Part shown: positions 10,134 through 19,547 of the stretch, piece after piece
Numbering within the stretch: the stretch's first letter is position 1
How the letters are laid out: every line of letters begins with the position of its first letter
Sequence record: ON287375.1
DNA: 64,000 nucleotides
Direction: 5' to 3' (one strand)
Made by a program: the position numbers and the translations under genes
The notes under the pieces: model-generated
Seen by the model: only the letters and a program-made list of their open reading frames with translations
The model's database searches: none
What the model was told of the DNA's origin: nothing

Positions 10134-10772
10134 ATGGAATTAGAACGTTACACTTATCTTCGTAATGAATTGCGTAAACTCTATGTGATTCTTACCGAAC
10201 AAACATTCGTTGTGTCAATACCTTTAAGTTCATTTATGACTCTTAAGCAGTTAGACAGAGCGAAGAATAATCCTCCGTTGACGGGATTTGAAACGTTGGA
10301 AATTCCAGTGGAACGTCCTTTCACAGTCCAACGTATTTTACAAGCAGTAGAGATAATGGGGGATGACCTTCAAATTGGTTTCCGCAATGCCCGTCAGGAT
10401 ATTCCCTTCCTCTACAACTCAATTCAAACCTGGATACAGTACTGGATTGAAATCAAAAGAGATATCGGTTATTTACGAACTCCTGATCTAAGTGAGCTAG
10501 AACTCATTGAGCGGCTCGCTAAGCACTTATTTAGCGCATATGCCCACTACCACTATGAGAAGATCAATAAAGCGCTTGGTGTTGGTCACAGCGGCCAAAT
10601 GACGCTATTGGATGCTTTACGTGGTAGAATGATGTTTGGGTCTGATATGGATGAACAACTTTCATTCATTTCCCATGTGGATGAATACAGATCTGCCACA
10701 GGTCAAACCGGTGGGTCGGGAATGTCCTTCGGTAGTGCAAGTGGATTACTGAATGGAATCGGGGGTCTATAA
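10134..10772 (+). CDS. conserved hypothetical protein
   Basis: 212 aa with an AAGG SD; TAATG coupling to the next gene. Confidence 0.55.
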   Translation: MELERYTYLRNELRKLYVILTEQTFVVSIPLSSFMTLKQLDRAKNNPPLTGFETLEIPVERPFTVQRILQAVEIMGDDLQIGFRNARQDIPFLYNSIQTWIQYWIEIKRDIGYLRTPDLSELELIERLAKHLFSAYAHYHYEKINKALGVGHSGQMTLLDALRGRMMFGSDMDEQLSFISHVDEYRSATGQTGGSGMSFGSASGLLNGIGGL

Positions 10773-12115
10773 TGTTAGCCACTCAAATCCAAGCATTCCT
10801 TAAACAAGCTAAGTCTACTGCTGATTACGCCAACAATGCTGCAAGTACAGTTACTATGACTGCGGTGTTTATAACTCCTGAGGGTCAATATACGGCCCTC
10901 GGTGTTGAAAGGTTCATGGAGTATGGGGATTTTCTAAATAACCGCTCTGATCTCATTCAGATCCGTGTAAGGCTGCAGCCTGGTATTTACTTTAACAAGC
11001 TTGTTCCTTTCCGTGATGACTTGACTGTTCAACTCTTTGTTGATTCAGAATCTGATCGGGTACTAAGAGAGTTCGTTGCAGTCCCACTTGTATCCACTGA
11101 TGTGAGAGCTGAGGGGAACAACACCGGTGCCGTTAACATAGACGCTCTAGACGAGACTAACTTAGTTCCTTATGAGTTCCAGTTGATGTCTCGTGGATTT
11201 GCTAAGTTAAAGAACATCCCAGTCTCCAACATCTATCAGATGACCACCACTGCTGATGTTATTGCTACCGTTATGGAAACATATTCCAGACAGGCAGGAC
11301 TGACAGGTTGGGACGCTTATAAGGGAATGCAATTCCATCAACCTATCGATAACACCAACCGTTACGACTCTATAGAGATTCCTAATGGTACTAAACTTAT
11401 TAATGTTCCGGTCATTCTCCAGAATGATAATGACTATGGTGTTTATACGAAAGGACTCTGCTGTTACTACAAACAGAACTATTGGTGGGTTGTTCCACTT
11501 TATAACACAGAGCTAGTTGATACGCATCCAAGACCTTTGGATATTATCCGTGTACCAGAAAACAAGATTCCTGATTTGGATTCTACTTTCTATCGTTCCA
11601 ATGTTGCAATGACAATCATAGCTTGTGGTAAAGCTTCACATACTGACAATGCTGACATTCACAAACAGAACGAAGGTATCGGTCAAAGGCTAGTAATGGG
11701 CGATGCTATTGCTGGTGATACTGGTTATCACTATAACAATGGTCGAGCTATTACAACACGTGCTGATACAGTACAAGAGTATAAGCTTAGTAACCGTCGT
11801 GATGGTGAACAATGGATTCCACTTAACCAAGCACCTACTGGTAACTTATGTGTTCCACTTTCTCAGAACGCAATTAACGAAGGTGAGATCATAGAAGTTG
11901 AATGGCGTAATGGTGATGTAGGTTATTTGGAGCCAGGGCACCCTGTACGCTATCAGTATATGTATAGTGATAGTGAGATGATGGTAAGACGTGGTGTGTT
12001 GTTAGGATACCGCACAGACTACATACCGATCACTAGCTATGCTAAACCAATGTTGAAAAGAACAACTATATTAAAACTGTTTGTTAAACGTAGAGCAGAA
12101 TTTAAAGTTGATTAA
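10772..12115 (+). CDS. virion structural protein, possibly baseplate hub-like
   Basis: 447 aa, beta-rich, last gene of the structural operon. The hub assignment is an inference. Confidence 0.45.
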   Translation: MLATQIQAFLKQAKSTADYANNAASTVTMTAVFITPEGQYTALGVERFMEYGDFLNNRSDLIQIRVRLQPGIYFNKLVPFRDDLTVQLFVDSESDRVLREFVAVPLVSTDVRAEGNNTGAVNIDALDETNLVPYEFQLMSRGFAKLKNIPVSNIYQMTTTADVIATVMETYSRQAGLTGWDAYKGMQFHQPIDNTNRYDSIEIPNGTKLINVPVILQNDNDYGVYTKGLCCYYKQNYWWVVPLYNTELVDTHPRPLDIIRVPENKIPDLDSTFYRSNVAMTIIACGKASHTDNADIHKQNEGIGQRLVMGDAIAGDTGYHYNNGRAITTRADTVQEYKLSNRRDGEQWIPLNQAPTGNLCVPLSQNAINEGEIIEVEWRNGDVGYLEPGHPVRYQYMYSDSEMMVRRGVLLGYRTDYIPITSYAKPMLKRTTILKLFVKRRAEFKVD

Positions 12116-12121
12116 CAACTA

Positions 12122-12153
12122 CTAGAACTAGGGGCTGATGCCCCTAGTTCTAG
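12122..12153. terminator. bidirectional terminator
   Basis: Perfect 14-bp stem CTAGAACTAGGGGC-TGAT-GCCCCTAGTTCTAG between convergent genes. Confidence 0.8.
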
Positions 12154-12162
12154 ATTCTTTAT

Positions 12163-13701
12163 TTAGATATCATCAAAGTCTGAGCCACCGCCCATTGCTT
12201 CACTTCTATGTGCTAAAGATTTACGGAATGTTTTCTTCTCAAAGTTAACATCATGAACTAGACCGTTAGTTGGGTCGAGAGGATAGATACCAAAGCGAGA
12301 ACTTTCTTGAGCACCTTCACCACGCATCTTACCGACGTAGTAAGTGAACCAGCACTCATTGTTTTGAAGCTTAGCTACATGCAGACCGATTACACAGTCA
12401 ACTTCGTTAGTCAGTTTGGTTGAACCTTCTGTCATTGACTTACCGCCAACATCTCGGATAAAGTAAATTTCAGAATCATCATCTTGTTCACGAATGAATT
12501 TCTTAGCTTCTGGGTTAAGCTGGTGAGGAGTTAAGAAAGCAGCACCACGAGAAGTAAAGAAGTTACGAGCACGGTTGTACAGGTTCTGTAGTTTATCAGA
12601 ACGTGATTCACCTTGACAGCCAGTAAGATCTGCCATTGCCAGATAGTCATACGCACCTACAATGATTTCGTGACCTTTCAGTTCCAGTGTACGGATACGT
12701 TGCATGATTTCATGGATGCTATCATGGGACGGGTTAACACGGTAGAACTTGAAGGACCAACCATTCTCTTTAAAGGTATTAAGAATAGTGTTTACAACAT
12801 CCTCAGTAGTTGCTGAGAAGAAGTCTGGTTTAACACCGGTCTTAGCTGTAACGAACAATTCATACATACGTTTAAAGATTAGACCCAAGCTATCCTCAGC
12901 TGACATTAATACAACTGTTGGAATCTTGGACTTATTACGAAGTACCGGTTTGTTATAGAGTGGAACAGAAGCGATCAAGTGAGCAAGACCAAATGACTTA
13001 CCACGGTTAGTCAGCGCTTCGATCATGTACATCAGACCACGACGTAATCCACAGTCTGGATACAGAGCTTCGTTCAAACCAGCTAAACCAGTTTTGATAA
13101 TACCTTCTGGTGAGGTTTCAACTTTAAGTTGATCGATAACATTCATGATAGAGGTAGGGTCATCGGAACCCGTTGATTCAACAACTGCCTTATCAAAAGT
13201 GTTATCGTTTAAATCAGCTATCTTTTCATCAATGAGTTCATTGAGTTTCATCCAGTCTTCTTTACTCAAATCACTCTCACCTTCAAATAAGAAAGGACGA
13301 ACCATATTCTTAAATTGAATAGCGAACTTGTTACTTGAAGCAATATCACGTAACTCTTTAATAATTTGGAAGATTAGCTGTCTAGCATCTTCATTACCCA
13401 AATCTGATTTGAATGCTTCGTTGAGCAGCTTCTCAAGTTCAGGAGAAAGAAGAATAATCTCAGTTACCTTAGGGGTTAACAGTGATGTTATGATGTTAGA
13501 GTCATTCGGTTGCTCTCTAAACCACCCTAGTAATTTACGGAGCAGAGCTTCTGTTTTCTTATCTTGTTGAACTAAGCTTTCTTTGCTTTTAGGAACGTCC
13601 TCAGATAACAAAAGGATTTCATCCATTAAATCTTTGTCATCTAAACGCCAAGCTTGGAACATTGCTTGTGCCAGTTTGACTAGACGAATCAGGTTGTTCA
13701 T
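12163..13701 (-). CDS. dnaB: DnaB-like replicative helicase (phiKZ gp118-like)
   Basis: IKTGLAGLNE...GLRRG, Walker A-like ALTNRGKS, Walker B-like AYDYL, motif PHQLN and K-x-R finger (GKMRG). AGGAG SD. Lies upstream of the capsid gene as in phiKZ. Confidence 0.85.
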   Translation of the reverse strand: MNNLIRLVKLAQAMFQAWRLDDKDLMDEILLLSEDVPKSKESLVQQDKKTEALLRKLLGWFREQPNDSNIITSLLTPKVTEIILLSPELEKLLNEAFKSDLGNEDARQLIFQIIKELRDIASSNKFAIQFKNMVRPFLFEGESDLSKEDWMKLNELIDEKIADLNDNTFDKAVVESTGSDDPTSIMNVIDQLKVETSPEGIIKTGLAGLNEALYPDCGLRRGLMYMIEALTNRGKSFGLAHLIASVPLYNKPVLRNKSKIPTVVLMSAEDSLGLIFKRMYELFVTAKTGVKPDFFSATTEDVVNTILNTFKENGWSFKFYRVNPSHDSIHEIMQRIRTLELKGHEIIVGAYDYLAMADLTGCQGESRSDKLQNLYNRARNFFTSRGAAFLTPHQLNPEAKKFIREQDDDSEIYFIRDVGGKSMTEGSTKLTNEVDCVIGLHVAKLQNNECWFTYYVGKMRGEGAQESSRFGIYPLDPTNGLVHDVNFEKKTFRKSLAHRSEAMGGGSDFDDI

Positions 13702-13738
13702 TTATTGCTCCTAGGTATAAAACTTTAAAGGTAAGGTT

Positions 13739-14290
13739 ATGATCTTTAAATCTGGTCAAAGTGACATCGAGGTGTACTTCCTTCAAGAACATCACTTCGA
13801 ACTGTTGAATTCTTTAGGTCTTGAACTCTCACAATTGCCGTTGCTACCGAAGTTCCCAGAGGTCTCAGATGAAGACTGTCTGGAATGGCTTAAGTTCCAA
13901 CGTGGTGTAGAAAAACAATTATGTGGTTTCAAGAGTACAACTTATGATTATGCCAGTGATATTACAATCGGTGACATTAATCGTAAAGGCGTGGTCTATA
14001 AAACAAAATATGATGAAGTAATTAATTCTGACTCTCGTATTAATTTAGGTCATCAGTTCTACTACCATCTCTTTAATGGTAAGTTGTTTATCCTTAACAG
14101 TAATAATACTGTGAATAGCAACTGGTTTACAAATGTGCAGGGGAACCTGGCCAGTTCTCTTTACCAGGCACTGCTGTCTTCGTTTAGTATTTTTGAATTG
14201 TACTTCCGTCCAACCAAAGATTTAAAAGAAACAGTAAGCCAAAGAAACTATATTGATCTCGGTTATTTAGTTTCTAAAGTTATCAGCTAA
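13739..14290 (+). CDS. conserved hypothetical protein between helicase and capsid
   Basis: 183 aa with an AAGG SD; syntenic position. Confidence 0.55.
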   Translation: MIFKSGQSDIEVYFLQEHHFELLNSLGLELSQLPLLPKFPEVSDEDCLEWLKFQRGVEKQLCGFKSTTYDYASDITIGDINRKGVVYKTKYDEVINSDSRINLGHQFYYHLFNGKLFILNSNNTVNSNWFTNVQGNLASSLYQALLSSFSIFELYFRPTKDLKETVSQRNYIDLGYLVSKVIS

Positions 14291-14403
14291 TACTTTGTGT
14301 AACAGTTGATATCTAGCGTATATCTATCTTATGCGTAAAAATATTAGCTAACGCGAACAAATATATTTGTTTTCAAAAAGACTTTGTAAAAGGTATTTTA
14401 ACT

Positions 14404-16575
14404 ATGTCTCAAGAAATTTCTAAGAACTTCCATTTCATCACCTCTAAATCTGGTGCTGATCTTAAAGCCTTGATCAACGGTTTCTCCACCAACCCTTCTG
14501 CGCACACTGGCGCTAACCTGGGTCTGGAAAGCATCGTTGGTAAAGAATCCATGAGTTCTACCCTGCGTAACTTTGAAAAGTCCATGGGTTACAACCAGAA
14601 GAATGCAGTTAGCTCTGCAATCAACGGTACTCAGAACTTCAACCAGCGCGCACAACAGCTGCAGGACATGATCAAACACGGCGGTATGGAATCCTTCTCC
14701 ATGCAGTTGGATCAAGGTGCTGTTGCTCGTCAGAAAGCTGCTACCATCGACCTGAACGCCCGTTCTAACCGTCAGTGGGCTGCTGCTGAAGCTCTGTTCC
14801 CGACTCTGGTTGTTCCTTACGATCAAGAAGCTCTGGTTCTGCCAATCGACATCGCTGGTGTTGGTGCTTATAACAGCTCCGGTAACGCTAACGAAGCTTG
14901 GGAAGATCTGCGTCCTATCGCTTCCGTTCTGGCTGACTCCACCTTCAACGCTGGTGACGACCTGAAACTGGTTCCTGTACTGCCTGCTAACCCAGCTGAT
15001 GCGAACACCGCTATGTTCGTTCCTTCTGCTGATTGGGCTCCATGGGATGCTACTTATGACGCTAACGACCTGCTGGGCCGTGAAACTCATAAAACCAACT
15101 ACCTGGCCGTTCGCAAAATCAACAACTTGCTGAGCCTGTGCCGTGCACCTGGTGCTGCACCATTCGAGCAGAACGATGAAATCGAAGCTTCTTCGATCCG
15201 TCTGCAGTCCCTGCTGTTCAAAGTTAAAACCAAAGATGGTGAAGGCTTTGTAACTCTGGACACCGAAAACATGGCTGGCGTTGCTGCTCGTCCTTCTACT
15301 GGTGTTACTTCCGATGAAAAACGTCAGATCAACTTCGTTCTGAACGGCATCAACGTAACCAACCTGAAAGACAAAGACGGTAAAGCTACCGAACTGTTCA
15401 AGTCTCTGACTGACGCTGGTCTGAAAGTATTCCTGAGCTTCGAGCTGAGCGCTACTTACAGCCGTTCTACCCGTAGCTGGTCTCCAACCGTTTCTCCTGT
15501 TGCTATCGCTTACGTGATCAACAAAGACGGCGACAAACTGGTCCCAGGTACTCCAGGCATGCCAGAAGACATCACTGCTCTGATCACTGCTCAGGCACTG
15601 GAAGCTTCTATCCACGGTATCCTGCTGAAACTGAACCACGCGAACACCAACCGTAGCCGTTATGGTACTACTGTTGTTTACGCTAACACCGTTAAGTCTT
15701 ACAACATCAACCGTCGTCAACCTATCTCTGTTAAGTATCCAATGCTGAACGAAGATAACAACGCTGACGTGCTGGCAATGCTGGTACAGCAGATGGACGT
15801 AATGGTTACCCGTAACATGTCTCACGATGCATTTAAAGCGGCTAATATCCACTTTAACTACGTCTACGACAACAACGGTATGAAGATCGTTAATATCAAC
15901 GACGATTCCTCTTCCGTACTGCCTGGTCAGCACTTCCTGGGTACCACTGGTATCGAAGCGACTCTGAACCTGGTTAAAGAAGTATCTACTCTGGATAGCA
16001 AAGATACTCGTGACAACATCGAAGCAACCCTCGTCAACAAGATCTACGACGTGATCACTGCTCTGCGTGTTAACTCGAACATCTCTGCTCTGAAAGAACT
16101 GGACAACCGTCCTGAGTCTTACACCATCGTAGCTCACGCTGCACTGGCTCCGTTCCTGATGACCACCGGTGACTACCGTACCTTCGGTGAAAATGTTAAG
16201 TTCAACATCGTTGAAACTAACATCAGCTCTGAAGTAGGTCGTATGTGGATCGTTCCAACCTCCATGACTAAAGAAGGTTCTGTTGACATCTTCGGCGGTA
16301 TGGGTGTTTGTGTAGCTAAAGAACTGCTGGTTATCGAAGGCTCTGTAAACCAGGCTGATCGTCAATACCGTATGATCATCACTCAGCCTGCTTACCAGCA
16401 CCACCCACTGTGCCCAGTTGTTGGCCGCGTAACCATCGAAGACATCCAGTCTCTGCTGGGCGACGAAGGTCTGATCACTAAAGTGAACAAACACCTGGCT
16501 GAAATCAGTGGTAAGATTGCTGTTGAAGGCAAAGACGCTGGCACTGGTAAAGAAATCGCTATCGATGTACCATAA
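14404..16575 (+). CDS. major capsid protein (phiKZ gp120-like)
   Basis: 723 aa with extreme high-expression codon bias. N-terminal propeptide carries GLES/GKES/GMES sites, followed by ...AATIDLNARSNRQWAAAEALFPT...; strong downstream terminator; synteny. Confidence 0.85.
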   Translation: MSQEISKNFHFITSKSGADLKALINGFSTNPSAHTGANLGLESIVGKESMSSTLRNFEKSMGYNQKNAVSSAINGTQNFNQRAQQLQDMIKHGGMESFSMQLDQGAVARQKAATIDLNARSNRQWAAAEALFPTLVVPYDQEALVLPIDIAGVGAYNSSGNANEAWEDLRPIASVLADSTFNAGDDLKLVPVLPANPADANTAMFVPSADWAPWDATYDANDLLGRETHKTNYLAVRKINNLLSLCRAPGAAPFEQNDEIEASSIRLQSLLFKVKTKDGEGFVTLDTENMAGVAARPSTGVTSDEKRQINFVLNGINVTNLKDKDGKATELFKSLTDAGLKVFLSFELSATYSRSTRSWSPTVSPVAIAYVINKDGDKLVPGTPGMPEDITALITAQALEASIHGILLKLNHANTNRSRYGTTVVYANTVKSYNINRRQPISVKYPMLNEDNNADVLAMLVQQMDVMVTRNMSHDAFKAANIHFNYVYDNNGMKIVNINDDSSSVLPGQHFLGTTGIEATLNLVKEVSTLDSKDTRDNIEATLVNKIYDVITALRVNSNISALKELDNRPESYTIVAHAALAPFLMTTGDYRTFGENVKFNIVETNISSEVGRMWIVPTSMTKEGSVDIFGGMGVCVAKELLVIEGSVNQADRQYRMIITQPAYQHHPLCPVVGRVTIEDIQSLLGDEGLITKVNKHLAEISGKIAVEGKDAGTGKEIAIDVP

Positions 16576-16615
16576 TAGTACATTGTAAACGGTCTCTCAA
16601 ATAAGCAATAGCTTC

Positions 16616-16648
16616 CCTCCTACCCTGGGCATAGCCTGGGGTAGGGGG
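16616..16648 (+). terminator. intrinsic terminator after capsid gene
   Basis: CCTCCTACCCTGGGC-ATA-GCCTGGGGTAGGGGG, then TTTTTG. Confidence 0.8.
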
Positions 16649-16683
16649 TTTTTGCTGTCTATCGAAAATTATCTCTAAAAATG

Positions 16684-16708
16684 TTTAGGCAGATATTATC
16701 TACTTGTA
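16684..16708 (+). promoter_or_regulatory. putative phage early (virion RNAP) promoter
   Basis: TTTAGG-CAGATATTATC-TACT-TGTA. The same motif recurs at 23503, 52944 and 62687 and resembles the phiKZ early TATATTAC motif. It precedes the nvRNAP operon. Confidence 0.65.
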
Positions 16709-16743
16709 AACGCATGATCGTTTATAAATAAGAGGATATATAA

Positions 16744-17832
16744 GTGGCCAAAGTTAGCGGTGATAATTGGCATCACGGCTGGGACACTCCATATGTCGAA
16801 GGAATCGAGTATTTCAACTATACTGACTTTGATATTACCATCACTGATAAGTTAGGTGTAGAATGTGAAGTACTGCGATCTGATGAACGCCCAGCAAGGT
16901 TGGAGGACCGAGGGAAGGTAATCATCAGGGTAACTCGCTTAATCGATCCTAGACGTGTTAGGGTTCCAAGTACGGATGCACAACTTGCTGCAGACAGAAT
17001 GTATCTTGAATCTTTCAAGGCAGCTGTCGATCATGCAAGGGAAAATAGAATAGGGGCTTATGAATCTGAACATAATCAGATTCGAGTACCTTGTCAAGCA
17101 GAAATACGTTTAGACTTCTATCTGCAGAATACGGTTGCTAAATCCAACCTGTTGGGAATTACCATCCGTGCAACAAATAACGTTGTTGATAAATCGCATG
17201 GTAATACTCCGGAAGGATATATCAATGACGTTATAATGCAGGAATTGAAAGAAGTTGATGAGAAAGCTGATGGAGGTATTGATAAAGGTATTCGTACTTT
17301 GTTCTCTGCCAGATTAATTGATAACCATAATCGAGTTGGAACTTTATGGACCACAGGGTTCGGTGAAGTAACCAGGATTATCCCAGTAAAAGATGAGGAG
17401 CAAGCAGAAGGGCTATATTTAGCCGGTGGACTAGGATTAGAACATAAAGAATTTATTCCGATTGAAGAACTTATTCAACCTAAAAGAATGTTAGGACTGA
17501 ATATACATCGTACTGAAATAGATGCCAGGAAATTTGGCTTAGGAGAGTATACCATAACGGTTATGACCGAGAGAGACAAAATAAGAAAAGAATGTAAAGA
17601 TCTGAGAACTGAGAACAAGAAACTCGCAAGTAAAATTGATGAGCTGGAAAGTAGATCAGTTATCGATAAGATCAATAAAGCCCACAGTGATTTTAAACAC
17701 GCAGTCACTACGGAAAATCTAAAAGAAAACAACGTTAATAATGCTTTAGGTGGAATTTCGAGATTAATAAGTCTCGTGGTCACCAACATTAAAACATTCA
17801 TTAGCTTTGCTTCTTTATTAAGAGCGATGTAA
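16744..17832 (+). CDS. conserved hypothetical protein upstream of nvRNAP subunit
   Basis: GTG start with an AGAGGA SD; 362 aa with a C-terminal coiled coil and hydrophobic end. Confidence 0.6.
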   Translation: MAKVSGDNWHHGWDTPYVEGIEYFNYTDFDITITDKLGVECEVLRSDERPARLEDRGKVIIRVTRLIDPRRVRVPSTDAQLAADRMYLESFKAAVDHARENRIGAYESEHNQIRVPCQAEIRLDFYLQNTVAKSNLLGITIRATNNVVDKSHGNTPEGYINDVIMQELKEVDEKADGGIDKGIRTLFSARLIDNHNRVGTLWTTGFGEVTRIIPVKDEEQAEGLYLAGGLGLEHKEFIPIEELIQPKRMLGLNIHRTEIDARKFGLGEYTITVMTERDKIRKECKDLRTENKKLASKIDELESRSVIDKINKAHSDFKHAVTTENLKENNVNNALGGISRLISLVVTNIKTFISFASLLRAM

Positions 17833-17841
17833 CTAGGAGTT

Positions 17842-19539
17842 ATGATGGATCCACAATTTCTGAAGATGGTGAGAAAGCAACGCGGAGGCTTTACCCAGGC
17901 TTTGGTTGATGGGTGGCATAAGAAGGACATGGACAGGATTGTACCACACCTGACCAAGTGTTTCGAAAACATGTTCAGGTCTCTACAGGAAAAGGGTTAT
18001 TATTTCGATGGGATTGAGGAAGTTTGTCCTCTGGAGTTTTATAACTCCATCACTCGATCTAGTAGCAGTGGGACTAAGGACTTTGAGATTGCCAAGAACA
18101 GTTTCTTTGGTGTTCGCATTAAGAACCACTTTAAAGATCCTGTAACTGGAATTGAATCTGAACTCAAATGTCCTCTGATGTTCTTACCTTATACCAATAT
18201 CTATGGCGACGTCTATACTCGTAACTCTACATATTCCATGCAGTATGTATTGTCCGAGCGTGGGCCGTCTGTTGATGGTGGTCGTGATAAAACGATCTTC
18301 ATCAGGGTACTGGGTTATAAGTTCAAAGTAACTAAAGAGATCCACACCTTTAACCGGGTATTCCGCAGCGGTAACAAAATCAATACTGGTGCGATCAATA
18401 TGACGCTTCCAGCAAACCGCTTCTATAACTCCAAAAACGATCGCAAGATTACCAGTAAGAAAGTTCCTATTCCATTACTGGCCTGGTATGTGTTTGGTAA
18501 ATATGGATTCACTCACTGCATGAAACAATTTGCAGAATGTGATTACATGATCGATACCCTTGATACTCTGCTCGATATCTGTCCAGAGTCTGAAGGTTGG
18601 CAGATCTATTCCAACACAGGTTGTATTCATCCAAAAGCATTCGATCGCCCTAAAGGCGCTCCGCTGTTAGATGAGCCAGCCATTGCGATTAAAAGTGCTA
18701 ACAAAGGTGGTGAGATATCCAACTTGGCATTGCAGTATACTGCTGGCCTGTTGTTTATGTTTGGTGTCTTCAGTCATGAATTAGATATTCGTCGTCTGGA
18801 TGACATTAACTATTGGCGTTTGATCATTGGCAGATGTTCTATTCGCCTTCCAGCTAAAACTCTACCTGATGTCTATCTGCGTCAGATGAACGAACACTTT
18901 AGTTCTGTAGAAGAATACGCTGACGATATCACCATCGACAAGTATAATAAGTTTGACATCGAAGTTCGTGACACTTATGAGTTGCTGAACTATTTGATGA
19001 TGAACTATTCTAACTTGATCAAACTGTATGACCCTGCGAACATGTTGCATAAAGAAGTAGCTTCTATGGAATTCATCGTTGACTTCCTGATTCACCAAGC
19101 GAACGACTTTAAGTTCATGATTCGTAATAAAAGTAATATCACACCGAAGATTATCAACCGTGAACTTGACGCACACTTCCGTCTGTTTAACGCTGACAAA
19201 TCTGTACGTGAAAATAATACCATACTCGAACAGACTGGTACTGATAATCCATTCATCGACTATGGTCTGGGAATTATCCTTCAAACCAAATCCACCGTCA
19301 ATCGCGGTCCTGGTAAGAAGAAGGAAGAATTTGATCCCAACCATCCCGGTAGTATCATTCATGCTTCTCAACCATTCGTGGTGTCCTATCAGTTCTCTAC
19401 TAAACCGAGTCCAGATTCTCGTGGCTTCTTTATGCCGCGTGTTCATTTGGTCGACGATAAGTATACTGGTTTGCGCCCCGAAGACCGAGAGCTTTATGAA
19501 GCTACTGAACACAGACTTAAGTTTAGAGAACATAAATAG
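17842..19539 (+). CDS. non-virion RNA polymerase beta subunit, N-terminal part (phiKZ gp123-like)
   Basis: 565 aa. YGDVYTRNSTYSMQYVLSERGPSV resembles the beta [22 protein letters not shown] region; IHASQPFVVSYQFSTKPSPDSRG resembles the beta D region. Position after the capsid gene fits phiKZ. Confidence 0.75.
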   Translation: MMDPQFLKMVRKQRGGFTQALVDGWHKKDMDRIVPHLTKCFENMFRSLQEKGYYFDGIEEVCPLEFYNSITRSSSSGTKDFEIAKNSFFGVRIKNHFKDPVTGIESELKCPLMFLPYTNIYGDVYTRNSTYSMQYVLSERGPSVDGGRDKTIFIRVLGYKFKVTKEIHTFNRVFRSGNKINTGAINMTLPANRFYNSKNDRKITSKKVPIPLLAWYVFGKYGFTHCMKQFAECDYMIDTLDTLLDICPESEGWQIYSNTGCIHPKAFDRPKGAPLLDEPAIAIKSANKGGEISNLALQYTAGLLFMFGVFSHELDIRRLDDINYWRLIIGRCSIRLPAKTLPDVYLRQMNEHFSSVEEYADDITIDKYNKFDIEVRDTYELLNYLMMNYSNLIKLYDPANMLHKEVASMEFIVDFLIHQANDFKFMIRNKSNITPKIINRELDAHFRLFNADKSVRENNTILEQTGTDNPFIDYGLGIILQTKSTVNRGPGKKKEEFDPNHPGSIIHASQPFVVSYQFSTKPSPDSRGFFMPRVHLVDDKYTGLRPEDRELYEATEHRLKFREHK

Positions 19540-19547
19540 GTATTAAT

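Noticed and set aside
14398-16494. 698-aa antisense ORF opposite the capsid gene
   Set aside because: Same codon-bias shadow effect; no recognisable motifs.
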